From Dipteris shenzhenensis (taxonomy: Eukaryota): a stretch of DNA of 64,000 bases. The stretch lies in the NCBI GenBank assembly GCA_047967505.1, contig CM106538.1; one strand, given 5' to 3'. Numbering within the stretch: the first letter of the stretch is position 1; every line of letters begins with the position of its first letter. The notes beneath the pieces are model-generated. The model saw nothing but the letters and a program-made list of their open reading frames with translations, was not told the DNA's origin and did no database searches. Shown here piece by piece: positions 1 to 17,483 of the stretch. The translations under genes were made by a program, and so were the position numbers.

Positions 1-559
1 TGCTTGGAGTCATCTAGGTGCTTGGCTGGTGTTGCTAAAGCAGAGGGAGGGATTCTTCGATAAGACTTCAGGAAGACGAAGGCTATGACTTGGAGGGAGA
101 CAACACAGAACCACAATTAGAGCTTCACATTCCAAGTACTCTACATTTTCCTGTTTGGTCGCACACCTGGCCAAGGTTGAAACAAACCCTGAGAGCTTGT
201 TGCCTCATCATGAGGGGAACAATTGGAGGATGCTGGTACCTGGAGTGCTCAAGTTCAAAGGCAGGTTCGTGATTGAAGGTGGTGGTGCCATCATGTGCTG
301 CCAAAGATGGACCTATGTACCAGACTGGTATGTGAAAGCAAAACCGACAAACTAGTGTGTGAAAGCGGAACCGAACCCACTAGTTGAAAAGCCAAGAAAG
401 ACTGACAACACCAAAGTGTTCCAGAGGCCTACCACACAGAAGCTACAGGAGCATCTTCATCAACAGATTTGGATCAGGCCAATGTGAGTCGGTGAGAGGG
501 GGTGTTGGAATAGGGCTGGTCACCTCCCCACCTGTGAGCCCCCATACAAGGAGTCTATC

Positions 560-1593
560 GGGGGGGGGGGGGGACCATAGAACGATAGGATGGGACATGG
601 GGCTGCCATGTGAGCAAGAGAGAGAGAGACGTCAAGTATCTAGCAAAGGAGATCCACCTGGAGGGTAGATCTTTCCAGATGCTGTCCATACTTGGAGAGG
701 GCAGAAATGCACAGGGAAACCAGAAAGTGAGGCGGCATGGACAAAAGCGGATGACATCACCATGTATGGAACAGTACGGAGAGCTGACACATGGCTGTAC
801 GGGACTAGCACAGCCCGGAACAAAGGCAAAATCTGCAGGAGGTGTGTGCAGCAGTTCAGCAAGCTTTGGAAGGCCTACGGGGAGACTTCGGGCAGACAAA
901 CAAGGCTGGAACTGCCTAGGCCAGTGGCTGGATGCCACGTGGCCAGACAGGAGAGCAAAAGCATGCAAAGAGAGCCCTGCAGGGCCATTTATAGGCCCCC
1001 GGTGAATTCCAGTCAGCTGGTAGGGGGCTGTTTAGTCAACTATTTTGGAGGGGTATATAGCCCTATAAAAGGGGGCCATTTGGGCCTCCTTTGGCATCAC
1101 TTGAAGCAGCCAATCCACAGGAAGGAGCAGCAGGAGGGCTTCCTTCGGCCTAAATACAAGAGGTGAAGGACACCTACAAGGGCTACAGACTTAGCTCAAG
1201 AGAAGGTGCCCACCTAGGCTGACTACCCGAGTAAGGTGGAAGAGATCTTTGGACAAAGATTCTACATAAGCTCAGAGGAGCCCGCGGGCTCAGAGATCTA
1301 GAGGTGCCAAGCAAGAACATTTTGGTAAGATCAGAGGACTACGGTTTGGTGGGACTCCGCATCTCCTTTTGTATTGTGTCCAGTTTGTGGACAGACGGAG
1401 ATATATATAAGTTGCTTCTATATTTGTCTTAGACAGACTGTCTATTCTGGCTTGCACACACACATCTCTGGTTGTGCAGTACACACAGTTACTGAAGTTT
1501 GATTCCATATGAGACACTTAGCGTGTAATTCCTGGGCTCATCGATCAGTCTTCCACTGTGGGGTACCCTCGGATGGGATTTCAATTTCTAACA
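560..1593 (+). mobile_element. Probable polypurine tract and 3' LTR of an LTR retrotransposon whose internal region lies to the left
   Basis: G-run at 560-574, followed by about 1 kb of non-coding sequence with a TATA-like CTATAAAAGGGGG near 1063, ending in ...TTCTAACA at 1593. No partner LTR in the window. Confidence 0.4.
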
Positions 1594-2834
1594 AAGAATG
1601 CCCAAGATGGACAACTGAAGGAAATATAAAGACGGATCTACAAGCAAGAGCCAACAAATACAAATAGAATTCTGCCCCTTACAAGAGCCAAATGCATTCT
1701 TTATATTTCTCGAGAACCATCCATCTCACATTTCAAGCATGCACTCAAGAATAGCTTAAAATTACTCTCAAGGTTTGCAAACTCAAAATGAACAATTGCC
1801 AAGCTCTCAATACCCCCACACAGGGCTGACTATCACAAAATGGATAAAGAGCATATCATCAAGAAAGCTTACATTGCAGTGATTGCATGTATACCTTTGT
1901 AGAACTAGAATAAGTCCAATCATACAAATTTAGATTTTTTGTTGTTCTAAAGATCAAAAATCTACACAGAAAATAAAATAGAAAATAAAAGAGAATATGA
2001 ATGAGAAGAAAAAAAAGGTAAACAAAAACTTTTATGAAAAACAAAAGGAAGACATACTTAGCAAGCAAAGCAACACTTCTGTCGTCAATCAGTGCCCAAG
2101 CATAAGCAGCTATAAGCAGTGATTGCATGTACACCAATCTACAGCAAATCTTGGAAGACTTGTGAATCAACGGTGGGGAAAGCAAGACTTGGCCAGGAAA
2201 AAAAATGGCTCAGAGAACTGGCCACAATTAAATCTGCCTGCAACCCCAAAGCAAGAGGTCTATTTTCTTTCAGATTACAATCACGCTCTTACTGACGTGT
2301 GCCAAGGCCTAATCAGAACTGGAGAGGGAGAGAGGGGGAGAGAAAGATACATAATATTTATCAATTTAAAACCAGATGCCATCTCCCATGACTTCTACTG
2401 AACTTCACTTTTACCACAGAGTATAGTTCATTAAAGCACACGATCAAAAAACAGACTGCAAGTAGGCCTGGATGTGGGCTTCAGATACACAAAATCATAT
2501 TGGTAAGGCCAGTAACAGAAGCTGTTCCTATTCACAGTTTCTAAATGCGTAGCACCAAGCTTGCTCTCAGACTTCTCAACAATAACAGAGTTTTACCTGC
2601 ATAATCTTACTAAAGGCAGTTCAACAGCATTCCTTGCCAAAGTTTAAATCGGAAAAAAAAGCAAGGCTCATTGCCCCTGCAAGTCCAAACTTTTTAACAA
2701 AAAGGATTTAACAAGAGAAAAACTTCATTAAAAACTTCATAAAACCCCATAGCGCATGGGGAGGAAGGAGTATACAGCCCAACTACCCAGAAGAGGACTA
2801 AGAGATACGTTTGCAACATAAGTGTGTATCTAAC

Positions 2835-2911
2835 GTGTGTGTGTGTGTGCGCGCGCGCGCAGTGTGTGTAGTGTGTGTGTGTGTGTGTGTGTGTGTGTAG
2901 GTGTGTGTGTA
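2835..2911. repeat. Compound (GT)n/(GC)n microsatellite at the 5' flank of the LINE
   Basis: Directly visible. Confidence 0.95.
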
Positions 2912-3405
2912 GAGAGGAGAGCTCTAGCTATGGTGATTTCAGCCTTCCACCTGCTTCATGGCCTCTACAGCTGATTCCGCATCCTGCCATCCTGCCGTAT
3001 AGGTTCCCGTGGCTTGCTGCTGCCTTCCGCCGTACATCCCGAGCTTCTCCCCGCCTCTTCTAGGCTTTCTTGCATGTGTTGTGGGTTTCTTTTCTGCCTA
3101 GTCTTCAGCCTCCTGCAGCTCCTCGTTTTCTGTGTGTGTCTTGTGGTGTGATCTCTGTTTTCAGCCGTACAGATTCCGTACGTCTGATCCCGTTTGCTTT
3201 CCGTACATCCCTGTAGGCTTTTGCCGTACAGTTTTCTTTTCTCTTGCCCTTCTGTCCTGTCTGTCGTACAGTTTCCGTACAACTGTACGGTCGCAGTCCA
3301 GTCTCTCCGTACAGTCCCTTCTCTGGTTTACCATACAGCCTGTCAGTCCTTCCTGTGCCCCGTCTGCTTCTCTCCATTTGGTACCTGCTGAATCCCTTAG
3401 CCTCA

Positions 3406-4599
3406 ATGGCAGAAACAAGCAAGTATTATGTCAAGAGAGCACTCTCACTGAACCTAAAAGACAATCAAGGGAAACTTCGCCCCCCATAGCTTCATCATCT
3501 CAAGATGCTTCCTATGTGTTTGACATGTTGAATGAGGATTTTCAACAAAGTAGAAGAGAATGGATTCTACTTGCTCCGAACTCACTTACAAGATGATGTT
3601 CCCTTCTCTTGTGCATCCTTTGAAGAAGCTCTCTCAAACTGCAGGTATCATCTTTTTCCCACGTAAAATACCCTCAGCTAATGATGTGGGACAATGGGTG
3701 AATTCTCTCCTAGGTGGATGCTATGTAGAAGGAGTCTATTTTGCCTCCCGAGGATTTTATGAAGTTCATCTTTTGGATGCCTTGACAAAACAAAAGATGC
3801 TGGAAATGTCCCCTTTATTTTTTGGTCGTCAAATGGTGCACATCGTGCCCTGGTCCCCTAATAAGGACTATCAGAATCTCATCAAGCATCATTGCCCTGT
3901 ATGGGTCGAAGTGGTTGATTTTCCAGATTACATGAGAACAAAGCTTCAGGCTTAGCCATGACATTGGGACAAGTGATCTGTCCCCCTCGTCCCACAGGTA
4001 ATAAAAATCGTTTTTGCATCTTATGGGATACTGATAGACCAACCCCCTCTACTATTGCAGTTGAGATTGAGGGTGTTAATTTGGGAAAGAAATATTTCAC
4101 TTTAAAATGGGGCATTTTTGCTGGAGCTTGTTTCTCTTGTCACAAGTTTAGGCACCTAGCTTCTGAGTGTCCCTCTATCCTTCATCAGCCTCCTCCAACA
4201 GTTATTCCTCTGCCATCTAATAAAGGCGGTCAGAAGACATATGTGGAAAAGACTGAAACGAAAGGAGTAAAGCTTTCAGTTCATACAGGGAGCCAGGCCA
4301 ATTCAGCTCAAAACAAGGATAAAGGAAAAAGCAAGTTAGTGGAAAATAATTCATCTTCTCACGAGGCATGGCAGACTGCAAAGAAGACGGTGCCTCTCAA
4401 ACAAAGACCTCTCCAATCTCGTAATTGGGATGCTTATGCTCCTTCTCCGGGTCAACCTTCTACCTCTTCGAGCAACCCCATCTCAAAGGCATGGATTAAT
4501 GCAGTCAAGAAGGGTCTTCCACTTTGTGAAGAAGATGATTTAGTCAAGGAATTGGATTCTGAGGGTCAGGAAGACCCTGTGGCAATGGCAGAGATTTGA
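3406..4599 (+). pseudogene. LINE ORF1 (nucleic-acid-binding protein with CCHC knuckle), disrupted
   Basis: ORFs 3560-3955 and 3958-4599 are broken by a stop/frameshift and contain a CX2CX4HX4C knuckle. Start position is approximate. Confidence 0.8.
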
Positions 4600-4646
4600 T
4601 GCCTCCCTTTCTTTTTGAGGACTGTTCATCTCTTGTACATATTTTC

Positions 4647-7600
4647 ATGCGTGCTTCTCTTAAATGTATTTCTTATAATATACAGGGCCTCTGCAACCAG
4701 AATAAATGGAGGCTCCTATGGCATTATATAAATAAAACTCATCCAGATATTGTGTGTCTGCAAGAGCATAATCAGCATTCTTTTGCTGGCCAGCATGGAT
4801 TCTTTTCAAGATATGATATATTTTATGCAGGATCTGAACAATTCTCTGGGCTATGCATTTTAGCCAGACATGATCTGCAGCCCTTGATAGCATATAATGA
4901 TCTTGGTGGCCGATGGATGATTATCCAATCTATAATCAACGGAGAGATTTTTGAAATAGGCTCTTTGTATGCCTCTCAAATTTCAGCTTCTAGAGCTCAA
5001 ATGTGGGACTCCATAAAGCAATATCCTTGGTCTTCAAATGCTCTACTTTGTGGTGACTTCAATAATTCTCCTAACTGGAAGGACAATACCACGCATAAAT
5101 CCCATATGCTGCCCTCTGAAATCCAGCAATGGGAACATATGACTTCATCACTTCAATTTGCAGATTTATGGACAGCAACTCACCCTTCAGTTATGGGATT
5201 TACATATCATCATAATGCTTTTACAGAATATTGGGCCAAGCTTGATAGATGTTAGCTTATTCATGCTCAGCAATATGATGAATACACATGTCAAATGTGG
5301 ACTGATTATTCTCAACAACTATCTAATCACACTCCACTTTGGCTCTCCCTTTCATTTGGAATGCCTCTGGATGACATGCAGCTCTCTTCAGTCAAACATT
5401 TACAGGTCAATCAATTATATCTTTCTCTTGAAAAATTCCAGCAAATGATCAGACTGGCTTGCAGGCCATTGTTATCCCATGCTCAGGAGGATCTGGACTT
5501 TGCTTGGAACTCTTTTGTACATCATATTCAAAATGTCATTAAGGAATATGGAAGATGGTACATGGGAGAAACCAGACAGCATATCCAGTGGGCAAATTCA
5601 TACAAACAGTATTGGGTACAAATTAGTCATCAAAGGTCTTTATCTGCTTCTGAGCAGCATTTAATGTCTTGTGCTTCCTCCATAATTGATGTCAATGATA
5701 AACGCAAGCCTTCCAAATGGTAGACGAGGGCTAGAGTTAAACCTATGCTAGATAAGGGTTGTTCCTCGAAATCTTTCTTTCGGAATTTACATGCACATAG
5801 ACAAAGTCAATCTATCATGAGGGTCAGGAAACCTGATGGTCTTTGGACCCAAACTTTATCTCAGCTAGAAAAACAATGTCTGGATCATTTTCAGCTTCTT
5901 TTTTCTCAGCCATCTTCTTCTACACCTCAGGTTGCATTGGCTCGAACCAGATTTATTGAGCTTGTTTCTCCTAATATTTCTTTGCAAAAAGCTTGAATGC
6001 TAGAAATGTCTTTTTCAGATATTCAATTGGATGAAGCCCTCAAGCATTTGGGTAAACATAAATCCCCTGGCTGGGATGGTTTGACGGTTGAATTTTTTGT
6101 AGCCTTCTGGGCTGAATTGAAGGGTCCAATTTTGAAGTTCATTAATGTAGCCTGGCAGCATCAACATCTTCCCTCAGCTTGGAAGCATGGTTTGGTTAAG
6201 CTTGTGTCCAAAAAACCTCTATGTGAGACAACTGATGATTGGAGGCCCATCACTTTGATGCCGGTTATATATAAACTTATTGCTAAAATGTTGGTACATC
6301 GGATAAAGGATATCCTTCATGATGTACTTCATCCCAGGCAATATGGTTTTGTTCCAAGAGGGCATATACATGACAATATCTCTAATACTCTCATCGGAAT
6401 GGAATATGCAAAATATACAGCTCAAGATGTTTTGGTCATATAGGTGGATGTGGCAAAAGCATTTGATACGGTACAATGGGATTATGTCTCTCAAATCACG
6501 TTTAAACTTGGTTTTGGGCCAAAGCTAGTTAATGTCATATATTGGCTTTACTCAGATTCCACTGCTCAATGCTTTATAGGGAATCATTTGTCTGAGTCTT
6601 GGACTCTGGAACGATCAGTTTGACAGGGATGCCCTCTCAGTGCTTTGCTCTATGCCATTGCTTCACATCCTTTGCTTCTTTATATGGATCATCTGGTTGA
6701 TACTAAACAGTTAGTGGGGCTTTAGATTTCTGATTCACGGCCTTTCATTGCACAGGCTTATGCACATGATTCATTCTTCATGCCAAAGAACAGTCCTTTG
6801 GAGCTTCGCCTATTGATGGATACCCTTTCAGATTTTGGGTTGGCAGCTGGTCTTAAAATTAATTTTCAGAAATCAAAACTCTTGCCTCTCAAGCATTGTG
6901 ACTGGCATGCTATCCTGTGGCCCGGCCAGATTATTTATCTGGAAAACATAGTAAGACATTTGGGCTATCCCATTGGCTGGAAAATCAGAAATAAGCAACA
7001 AATATCTTGGGTGTTAAACAAAATTTGGGACAAATTAAAATATTGGAAGATCTCCACTTGGCCCCTGCATGTACGGCTTCGAATTGTCCAGTGCATTGTT
7101 CTAGCTTATGTCCAGTTCTACCTTCCTCTATTACATTGGTCATCTCGAGATCTCTCTTCTTTTATGTCTCAAGCCATGGAGATTTTCTGAAAAACTAAGC
7201 TTCATAAAAAAGCTTTAAGGTTACTCAAAATGGACCTGCTTTGCTCACCAAGAATGCATGGTGGTTTGAATATAATAAACATCAAATTTCATGTGTTGGC
7301 AAGAAAGATCACTATGCTCAAGACATTTTTTCAACAAGAGCAGCCTTGGTCTATCATGTTGGCAATTTTGTGTGGTCAGATGCGCACAAATGCTTATGAA
7401 CATTGGCTAGTTGATCCATCGGAAGTACTACTTGGCAAATTTCAAGGTAAAATCCCTGGTTGTCCATTTTCTACTTCCTTGATTCAGGATTGGAAGCAAG
7501 TTCTCTCTCACATCAAATGGTCTCCCCATCCTGTTTCTATAGCTTCCTCACTCAGAATGGAAAGCATTCATTGGAGTGCTGTGTTTTCCTCTCCCCTTGC

Positions 7601-8425
7601 TGTACAACAACCAATCAAAGCTTACAATCTTATGAAGTTGGGCATCCGGTTCATTGATGACGTAGTAGATACGCAAGGACATATTCTCTCTTTTCCGGTA
7701 ACATGCCGACAATACAATCTTGGGATGCATCACAGACCTATTTGGAAAGCTATTGCTGATCTCTTACTCCCTTTGGTTCCGATTCCAACATTGAATGTAA
7801 GAGACAGGCTTCAAGATTGACACCTTCAGTCTTCAAGTCCAAGATTATCCTCTCGACCTTTGCATTTATTGACTTCTATACAGTGTTATCGATTGATATT
7901 ACCTCCTCCTTGGATTGCTCATCATGCTAATTCTCTATGGCATCTGAATAAGTCATTAGCCTGGTGGAAAGGAAAATTGCAATTGATATGGAAGTTGAAA
8001 ATGCCATTGAAGCAAAGACTCTTTCTATAGAGATGCATTGTTGGTATTCTTCCAATGGGAGTGAAATTGGCTCAAAGAAGGATTGCTAACCTTTTTGTCC
8101 AAGATGTCATCATACTCCTGAGAGTATTCCGCATTTATTGTCGTTTTGTTCATATTCCAGAGACCTTCTAGAGAAGATCTCCTATTTCTTATCTCTCAGA
8201 TTTCCTGCACACAGGTTCTACAGGTTTTTCTAAATGTATGGCAAACTATCAACTTCTTTGTCACAGTATTCTCTTTTCTTCCAATGGCTCAGATACTGGG
8301 CCTTATGGACCCTCTGGCTGCAACGAAATCATGCATATCTGAATTCTCCCCTTCAACACCCTTATGAGTTCTTCCGAGCCTCATTGCGGCAGTCTTTATA
8401 TGATGTCTTACATGAGGACGATTAA
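4647..8425 (+). pseudogene. LINE ORF2 (APE endonuclease and reverse transcriptase), multiple stops
   Basis: Collinear ORF pieces 4596-5255, 5295-5723, 5745-6443, 6780-7190, 7230-7820 and 8234-8425 carry APE and RT motifs. Confidence 0.92.
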
Positions 8426-8554
8426 GATGTTTCTTGTATTCAGCTTTTCTTTTACTGCTTCTGATGGATAGGGCATTGGCTCTTTTCTTGAGCACTGCCT
8501 TGATGTAAATGAATGTTTTATAATATAATTTTATTGGTTTCACCCAAAAAAAAT

Positions 8555-8584
8555 ATGTGTGCGCGCGCGCACATGCACACGTGC

Positions 8585-8634
<50 letters not shown>

Positions 8635-8638
8635 ACAC
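8555..8638. repeat. (GT)(GC)/(GA)n microsatellite at the 3' flank of the LINE
   Basis: Directly visible. Confidence 0.95.
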
Positions 8639-8973
8639 AAGTGGTTCGACTTTGCTTCACACCACTTTCAAATACTCTCTTCCCACCTGGCATTTGTTTA
8701 GTCTTCCATTCGTTTTATGCTTTCAATATTTCAATTCTATACACTGTTTTAAATACCAATCTTTCTAATCATACCTGAATAAACATGCAAATCTCTGTTC
8801 ATCCAAGTCCAAAACTATTTTGAATTACGATGCTTAACTTTCAACGTTCATAGAAGGGTGTATTAAGCTTTTCAGCCAGAGTTGCACCTGACCCTTTGCT
8901 GAGACTACACAAGCCACTGAGATCATAATCCTAAAGACTTGTTTGACCTAGTAGGTGATCATAGTATTATGGT

Positions 8974-12944
<3,971 letters not shown>

Positions 12945-13742
12945 GGACGGTGGGGAAGGAAAATTGGATTGGGAGAAAGGCGGGGAAGGTAGAAGATGGT
13001 ATGTAGTGCAAGAGCAATGGCAGTAGGATTTATAGGCAAAACACAGAGAGAGCGCTCAGCACAGGTTGCCGGAGAAGAAACCACAAAGGACTGAGGACGA
13101 AGCAAAGTATCTTCTGCTCACCGACGACAAGCATCTTAACGCTTCCTTATTAACCTAATCAAGCCTCTTAAACTCTTCATTAAGCTATCCCTTAACCTTA
13201 CTCTCAGTTAATCCTCTTTCAACCCTAGATTACTACCTCCTTGCTATAGTAGACTCCTTTTATGAATTTCCACATGTAAATTTTACAAAATTTGATGAAG
13301 TTCAGTGTGTTTATAAAACCGTTTGCTTTCTCTCTTGCATCCAAAAGTGCTCACTTTACCACTATACTAGGACAGAGTGCCCACACTCAAATGTGCACTC
13401 TTGTTTTTCTAGGCTTACTTATCCACTCTTTAGGTCTAGACTCTAAAGCTTCCCTAACCTCTTTAATCAAGCCAAAAGTAATTTTTATTTCTCTTAATTT
13501 GAACATTCATTGATTGAATGTTGCCACATGCAGTCAATAGACCAACACTCCAAGTAGATTTATAAGCAAAATTTGATCTTAACTTATCGAATCTAGACCC
13601 AAGGTAGATCCATCTACTACTTAATCTTCTCTCAACCAGCCCAACCCAAAGCTTAATATAGTAGTTTTTTAATCTTCCATCAATTTCCTACCCCACAATG
13701 ATAAAATAAAAGCACACTTTTCTTTTGTGCCAATCCTTGCAT

Positions 13743-14022
13743 ATCCTTCTTTCACTCTCACCATGGCCCTTTTCTCTTTATCTCTTTCTCTCTCTATCTT
13801 CCCTAATCAGACATTTACATCCTTAAATTATAATCCATCTCTTGCTACCGTGTAGTGCCTTGCAATCTTCATTAGGAGAGTCTGGAATAGTTGAGACCTA
13901 TATACGTGGGGGTGACAAATCCTTCTTTCACTCTCCCCATGGCCTTTTTCTCTTTATTTCTCTCTCTATCGCCCCCTTGTAACCACAATTTAAACATTTA
14001 CATCCTTGATTTGTAATCCAGC
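13743..14022. repeat. Imperfect direct repeat of about 100 bp (13743-13840 vs 13919-14022) upstream of CDC48
   Basis: Both copies share ATCCTTCTTTCACTCTC.CCATGGCC.TTTTCTCTTTAT...ACATTTACATCCTT. Confidence 0.8.
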
Positions 14023-14049
14023 TTCATTTCATTAATGAACATACGATGC

Positions 14050-15452
14050 CCATGGTATATAGAGTAATCACCCCGGGTTGAAAGATTAGTTGCCTCATGA
14101 CTAATTCTCCCCTTTTCCATTTGCATAAAACAAAGCACTACTTATGGCTCTTGCTTTTTGCTAGCTCTTCTAAGCTCCAATATACGTGGAGCTTCTCCTT
14201 AGTTTTCCTCTTGTACTCGGCTACCTCGAGCTACTCTCCTCCCCTCCCGAATAGCTTAAGGCTTTTTACTCATAACTCCTTTTTTCACGCTAACATTTTC
14301 ATTCCTCCTTTGAGCTATTTCAAAGCTTCTTTGATCCATTGTTTTACAACTTGCATGCATCACTTGACTTCAACTAGTCTACCACCTCTCTTGAAAGCTT
14401 TGAATCTTCTGATATGGATTTTTTCTCCACACCTAAAGCTTCTTCTACTTACTCATGGCTGTTACAATTCCTTCGCTCAGCCTCTTATACTAGTGCATTG
14501 TTGTTGTGCCACTGGAGCTTCTTCCACTAAGCTTTCTTTGGAGGTTGTCTCTTTAGAAAGAGCCAAAGGAAAGAACCTTTTGTAAGAGGGACACACCCTT
14601 AACAATAAAAAAGCTCTCTCGCAATGTTGACAAGCACTTAGCACACCTGGGAAAACACAGACCTAAAGAACCTCTCACTTGAGAGGTAAATGCATTCCCA
14701 AGACACGCAGTCCATTCCCACACATTAAGCCTCACAATTTCAAAATTTTGACACTCTCACTTATCCCCCACACATCAACAAGGACATGTAGTCCAACAAT
14801 AATTAAAGAAACCACACTGGAATTTGGCGCACAAGCAAGAGAGGAGGGACTCACACACAATCACTGAATTTCAGAGCTCACACAAAAATAAGAAGCCTCA
14901 ACCTTCACACTCACACATTCCAAAGATGGAACCTAAATGAAAGAGAGGGGGCTGACACAAGATCCCCACTTTTTCACTATCATCTACCAAGTTGAACCAT
15001 ACACCTCTAATACCATGTTAAAGTGAGCATACAGCCCACATACTCAACACATTCATGGATGCGGGGAGAGAAGACAATAGCCATAGCTATACAAATCTTA
15101 CGCTCTTTTCTCTTACTAAAAAGATGAACATGATACAATATATAGAGAACCCTAACGTGGGTTGCCCTAGTCCATAAGGACTATTCACACTTGGCCTTAG
15201 GCCCCCTTTAGAGTTCTCTATGTTCCTAACCATGCACCTCTAACACCATGTTAAAGTGAGCATACAACCCACATAACACACTTTGGGGAGAGAAGACATT
15301 AATTTTAGCTATAAAAATCTTACTCTTCTCTCTTACTAAAAACATGAACATGATACAATATATATAAAACCCTAATGTGGGTTGCCCTAAGTCCATAAGG
15401 ACTATTCACACTTGGTTGTAGGACCCCTTTAGAGTTCTCTATGTTCCTGACA
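14050..15452 (-). mobile_element. 5' end of an LTR retrotransposon: two tandem short LTR+PBS units and a decayed gag-like region
   Basis: LTR-like units at 15016-15232 and 15249-15452 (TGTTAAAG...CA). On the minus strand each is followed by a decayed Met-tRNA PBS (TGGTATTAGAGG, TGGTGTTAGAGG). Confidence 0.7.
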
Positions 15453-16380
15453 TGTACCCTACGTATATGTGTATACACATATGTCCCAATATGTCCCAAA
15501 ATATGTACATGAATGATGACCATTCCAATTACCCATAGTTCCACATCAAATTGGGAGAGCAATATGAATACATTGGTTGTCTATCAAAAGTGTATAGTGC
15601 AAATCTCTCTCCTAGTATGAAACAAAATTTTGACAAATCACAACTATATTATTGGGACAACCTTTGGCTAGATTCAAAGGCTAAGATTCATAAGATCAAT
15701 GTCAATGCTACCAAAGAAGGTGAATTGCTAAGTATGGCTCACAAATATTATGCTTAAATTGCTCTAATGGCTATGCATTGATATCCAAAAGAGATCAATC
15801 CTATGGCATCTCAAGAAGTGCCTATCATGGAATCACGTCAAGTCAATGAGGTCACGTACTAAAGCAAATTTAGACATGGCTTCATTGACATAGGTGATAG
15901 GCTATATGGGAAAACTTTCTAAAGCTAGAATAAAAGGAGTGCATGGGCAACCTAACCCTTTGCATTTTGTAGGCAAGCACCCAATCAAGGGGCTATGCAC
16001 GATGTTATGTGAGTTAGTGTACTTCAATGGTGGAATATTAAGTGCCTTGATGAAGAAAAATGTGTTAGATATGTCATGCATATGGATATTATATCTGAAG
16101 GAAAGCTATAAAATGGAATGATAGATGTATGTGCAAATCTACTCCACACATTGCCCAAGATTTTGTATTAGGCTTACATGAGCACATATGGATTCATTAC
16201 AACTTGCATGTGATGAACATCATGTGAGATTTTATCCAAGAGGGGATGTTTGAGTTGGTATCATCAATTAAGGCCGCTCTTGACTTAGCAAGGGAAGTGT
16301 CGCTCTTATCCCTCCTAAATGGAGAGAGAAAATTGGAAATGTACTTCAAAATCATATAGTGCAATAAATGGGATAGATCA

Positions 16381-16382
<2 letters not shown>

Positions 16383-16440
<58 letters not shown>

Positions 16441-16460
16441 ACTCTCTCACTCTCTCTCTA
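16383..16460. repeat. (CT)n microsatellite
   Basis: Directly visible. Confidence 0.95.
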
Positions 16461-16469
16461 TCCTCCTTG

Positions 16470-17483
16470 GGTTGGATAATGTCCCCATTAAGGTTCTGTT
16501 CATGGAGAGAAGATGGCACATATCACAACACTCTAAGGGCTACTAGCTAGGAGACTTTCAAGAGTTGCTTGGGAGGCCAAGTGCTAGATTATAAAAAACC
16601 ATCAATGGCATAATATTGAGTAATAGGCAGATGATAGATAACAAATGATGTTTTAACACACGAGATGTATCAAACCTTCTCACTCATACCCATGCGGATG
16701 TATACTATTTCAAGGGGTCTTGGCTATGTATGCAGGGAGAACTAGCTAGATGCTCATTGGCAGCCACATGAGAGAGGCCTTCACTCTTTCTCACTCAGCT
16801 TAGCAGGGCTACTTCCTCACCCCCTTCATATTCCGCTTTGTAGGCTTTAGCCTACTTTCTATCTTCCCAAGTAGCAAGACTCACTAGGATGAGACATATG
16901 ATCCAGTACGAGGAGGAGCTCTTGGATGTAGAGTTTCCAAATGACAGCACACTCTTTTTGGAAGGCATTGAGGAGAGCTTACCTAGTGCACAGGGAGCCC
17001 TAGTGATGTATTGCTTGGCCTTGGAGGCCATGATCAATTAGACAAAATCAATTGGCTTCCTCACAATGATTGAGGAGGTCCAAGAGATCCTAAATTGGGG
17101 GCAATGCTTGGACTTCAAGGGGGCATGCAGTGAGATATCTAGGCTACTAGGTTAACATTGACATTTCAGTAAAGCAGCATATTGCTCAATATTAAAGAGT
17201 GTGCAGACAAGCTTTTGTATTGGAGCTTGGCAAAAAACTCTCTAGTAGATAGGGCCTTGGTGGTTAAGTGCATCCTCTTGGAGATGGTGTGGTACATAAC
17301 ATTATGTTGGTGCTTCTATAGGGGTGCATGGGGTAGCTCAGGCACCTGTGTGCAATTTCTTGTGGACAAGATTGGAGGGTACGAGGAGCATTGAAGCCAA
17401 GGTTGCCTAATAGACAAATATTCTTCCATAATAACATGGAGGACTTGGCATCATTGATCCAAAGATGTACAGCAGAGGCCTTT
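16470..17483 (+). mobile_element. Heavily decayed L1-like LINE RT fragment that continues at 21780-22130
   Basis: Remnant motifs RYLG (~17135), WSL...RALVVK.IL and GGLGIIDPK (~17440). The sequence resumes as GKLVVR at 21780, followed by a duplicated GGLGI.DPK segment. Confidence 0.6.

Larger units (their letters stand above)
2915..8552 (+). mobile_element. Near full-length, decayed L1-like LINE (ORF1, ORF2 APE-RT-zinc finger, A-tail)
   Basis: ORF1 fragments with plant L1 features (PVWVE; knuckle CFSCHKFRHLASEC). ORF2 fragments: SYNIQGL, CLQE, GDFN, KSPGWDGL, WRPITL, QYGF, GCPLS, YAHD (decayed YADD), GGLNI. AT-rich tail with an A-run at 8545-8552. Confidence 0.93.

Noticed and set aside
1600-2830. 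Low-copy-looking AT-rich region with splice-like signals (for example near 2595)
   Set aside because: No coherent exon chain or recognisable protein could be built.
13140-13232. AACCCTAG/TTAACC motifs upstream of CDC48 as telo-boxes
   Set aside because: Imperfect matches in AT-rich DNA, expected by chance.
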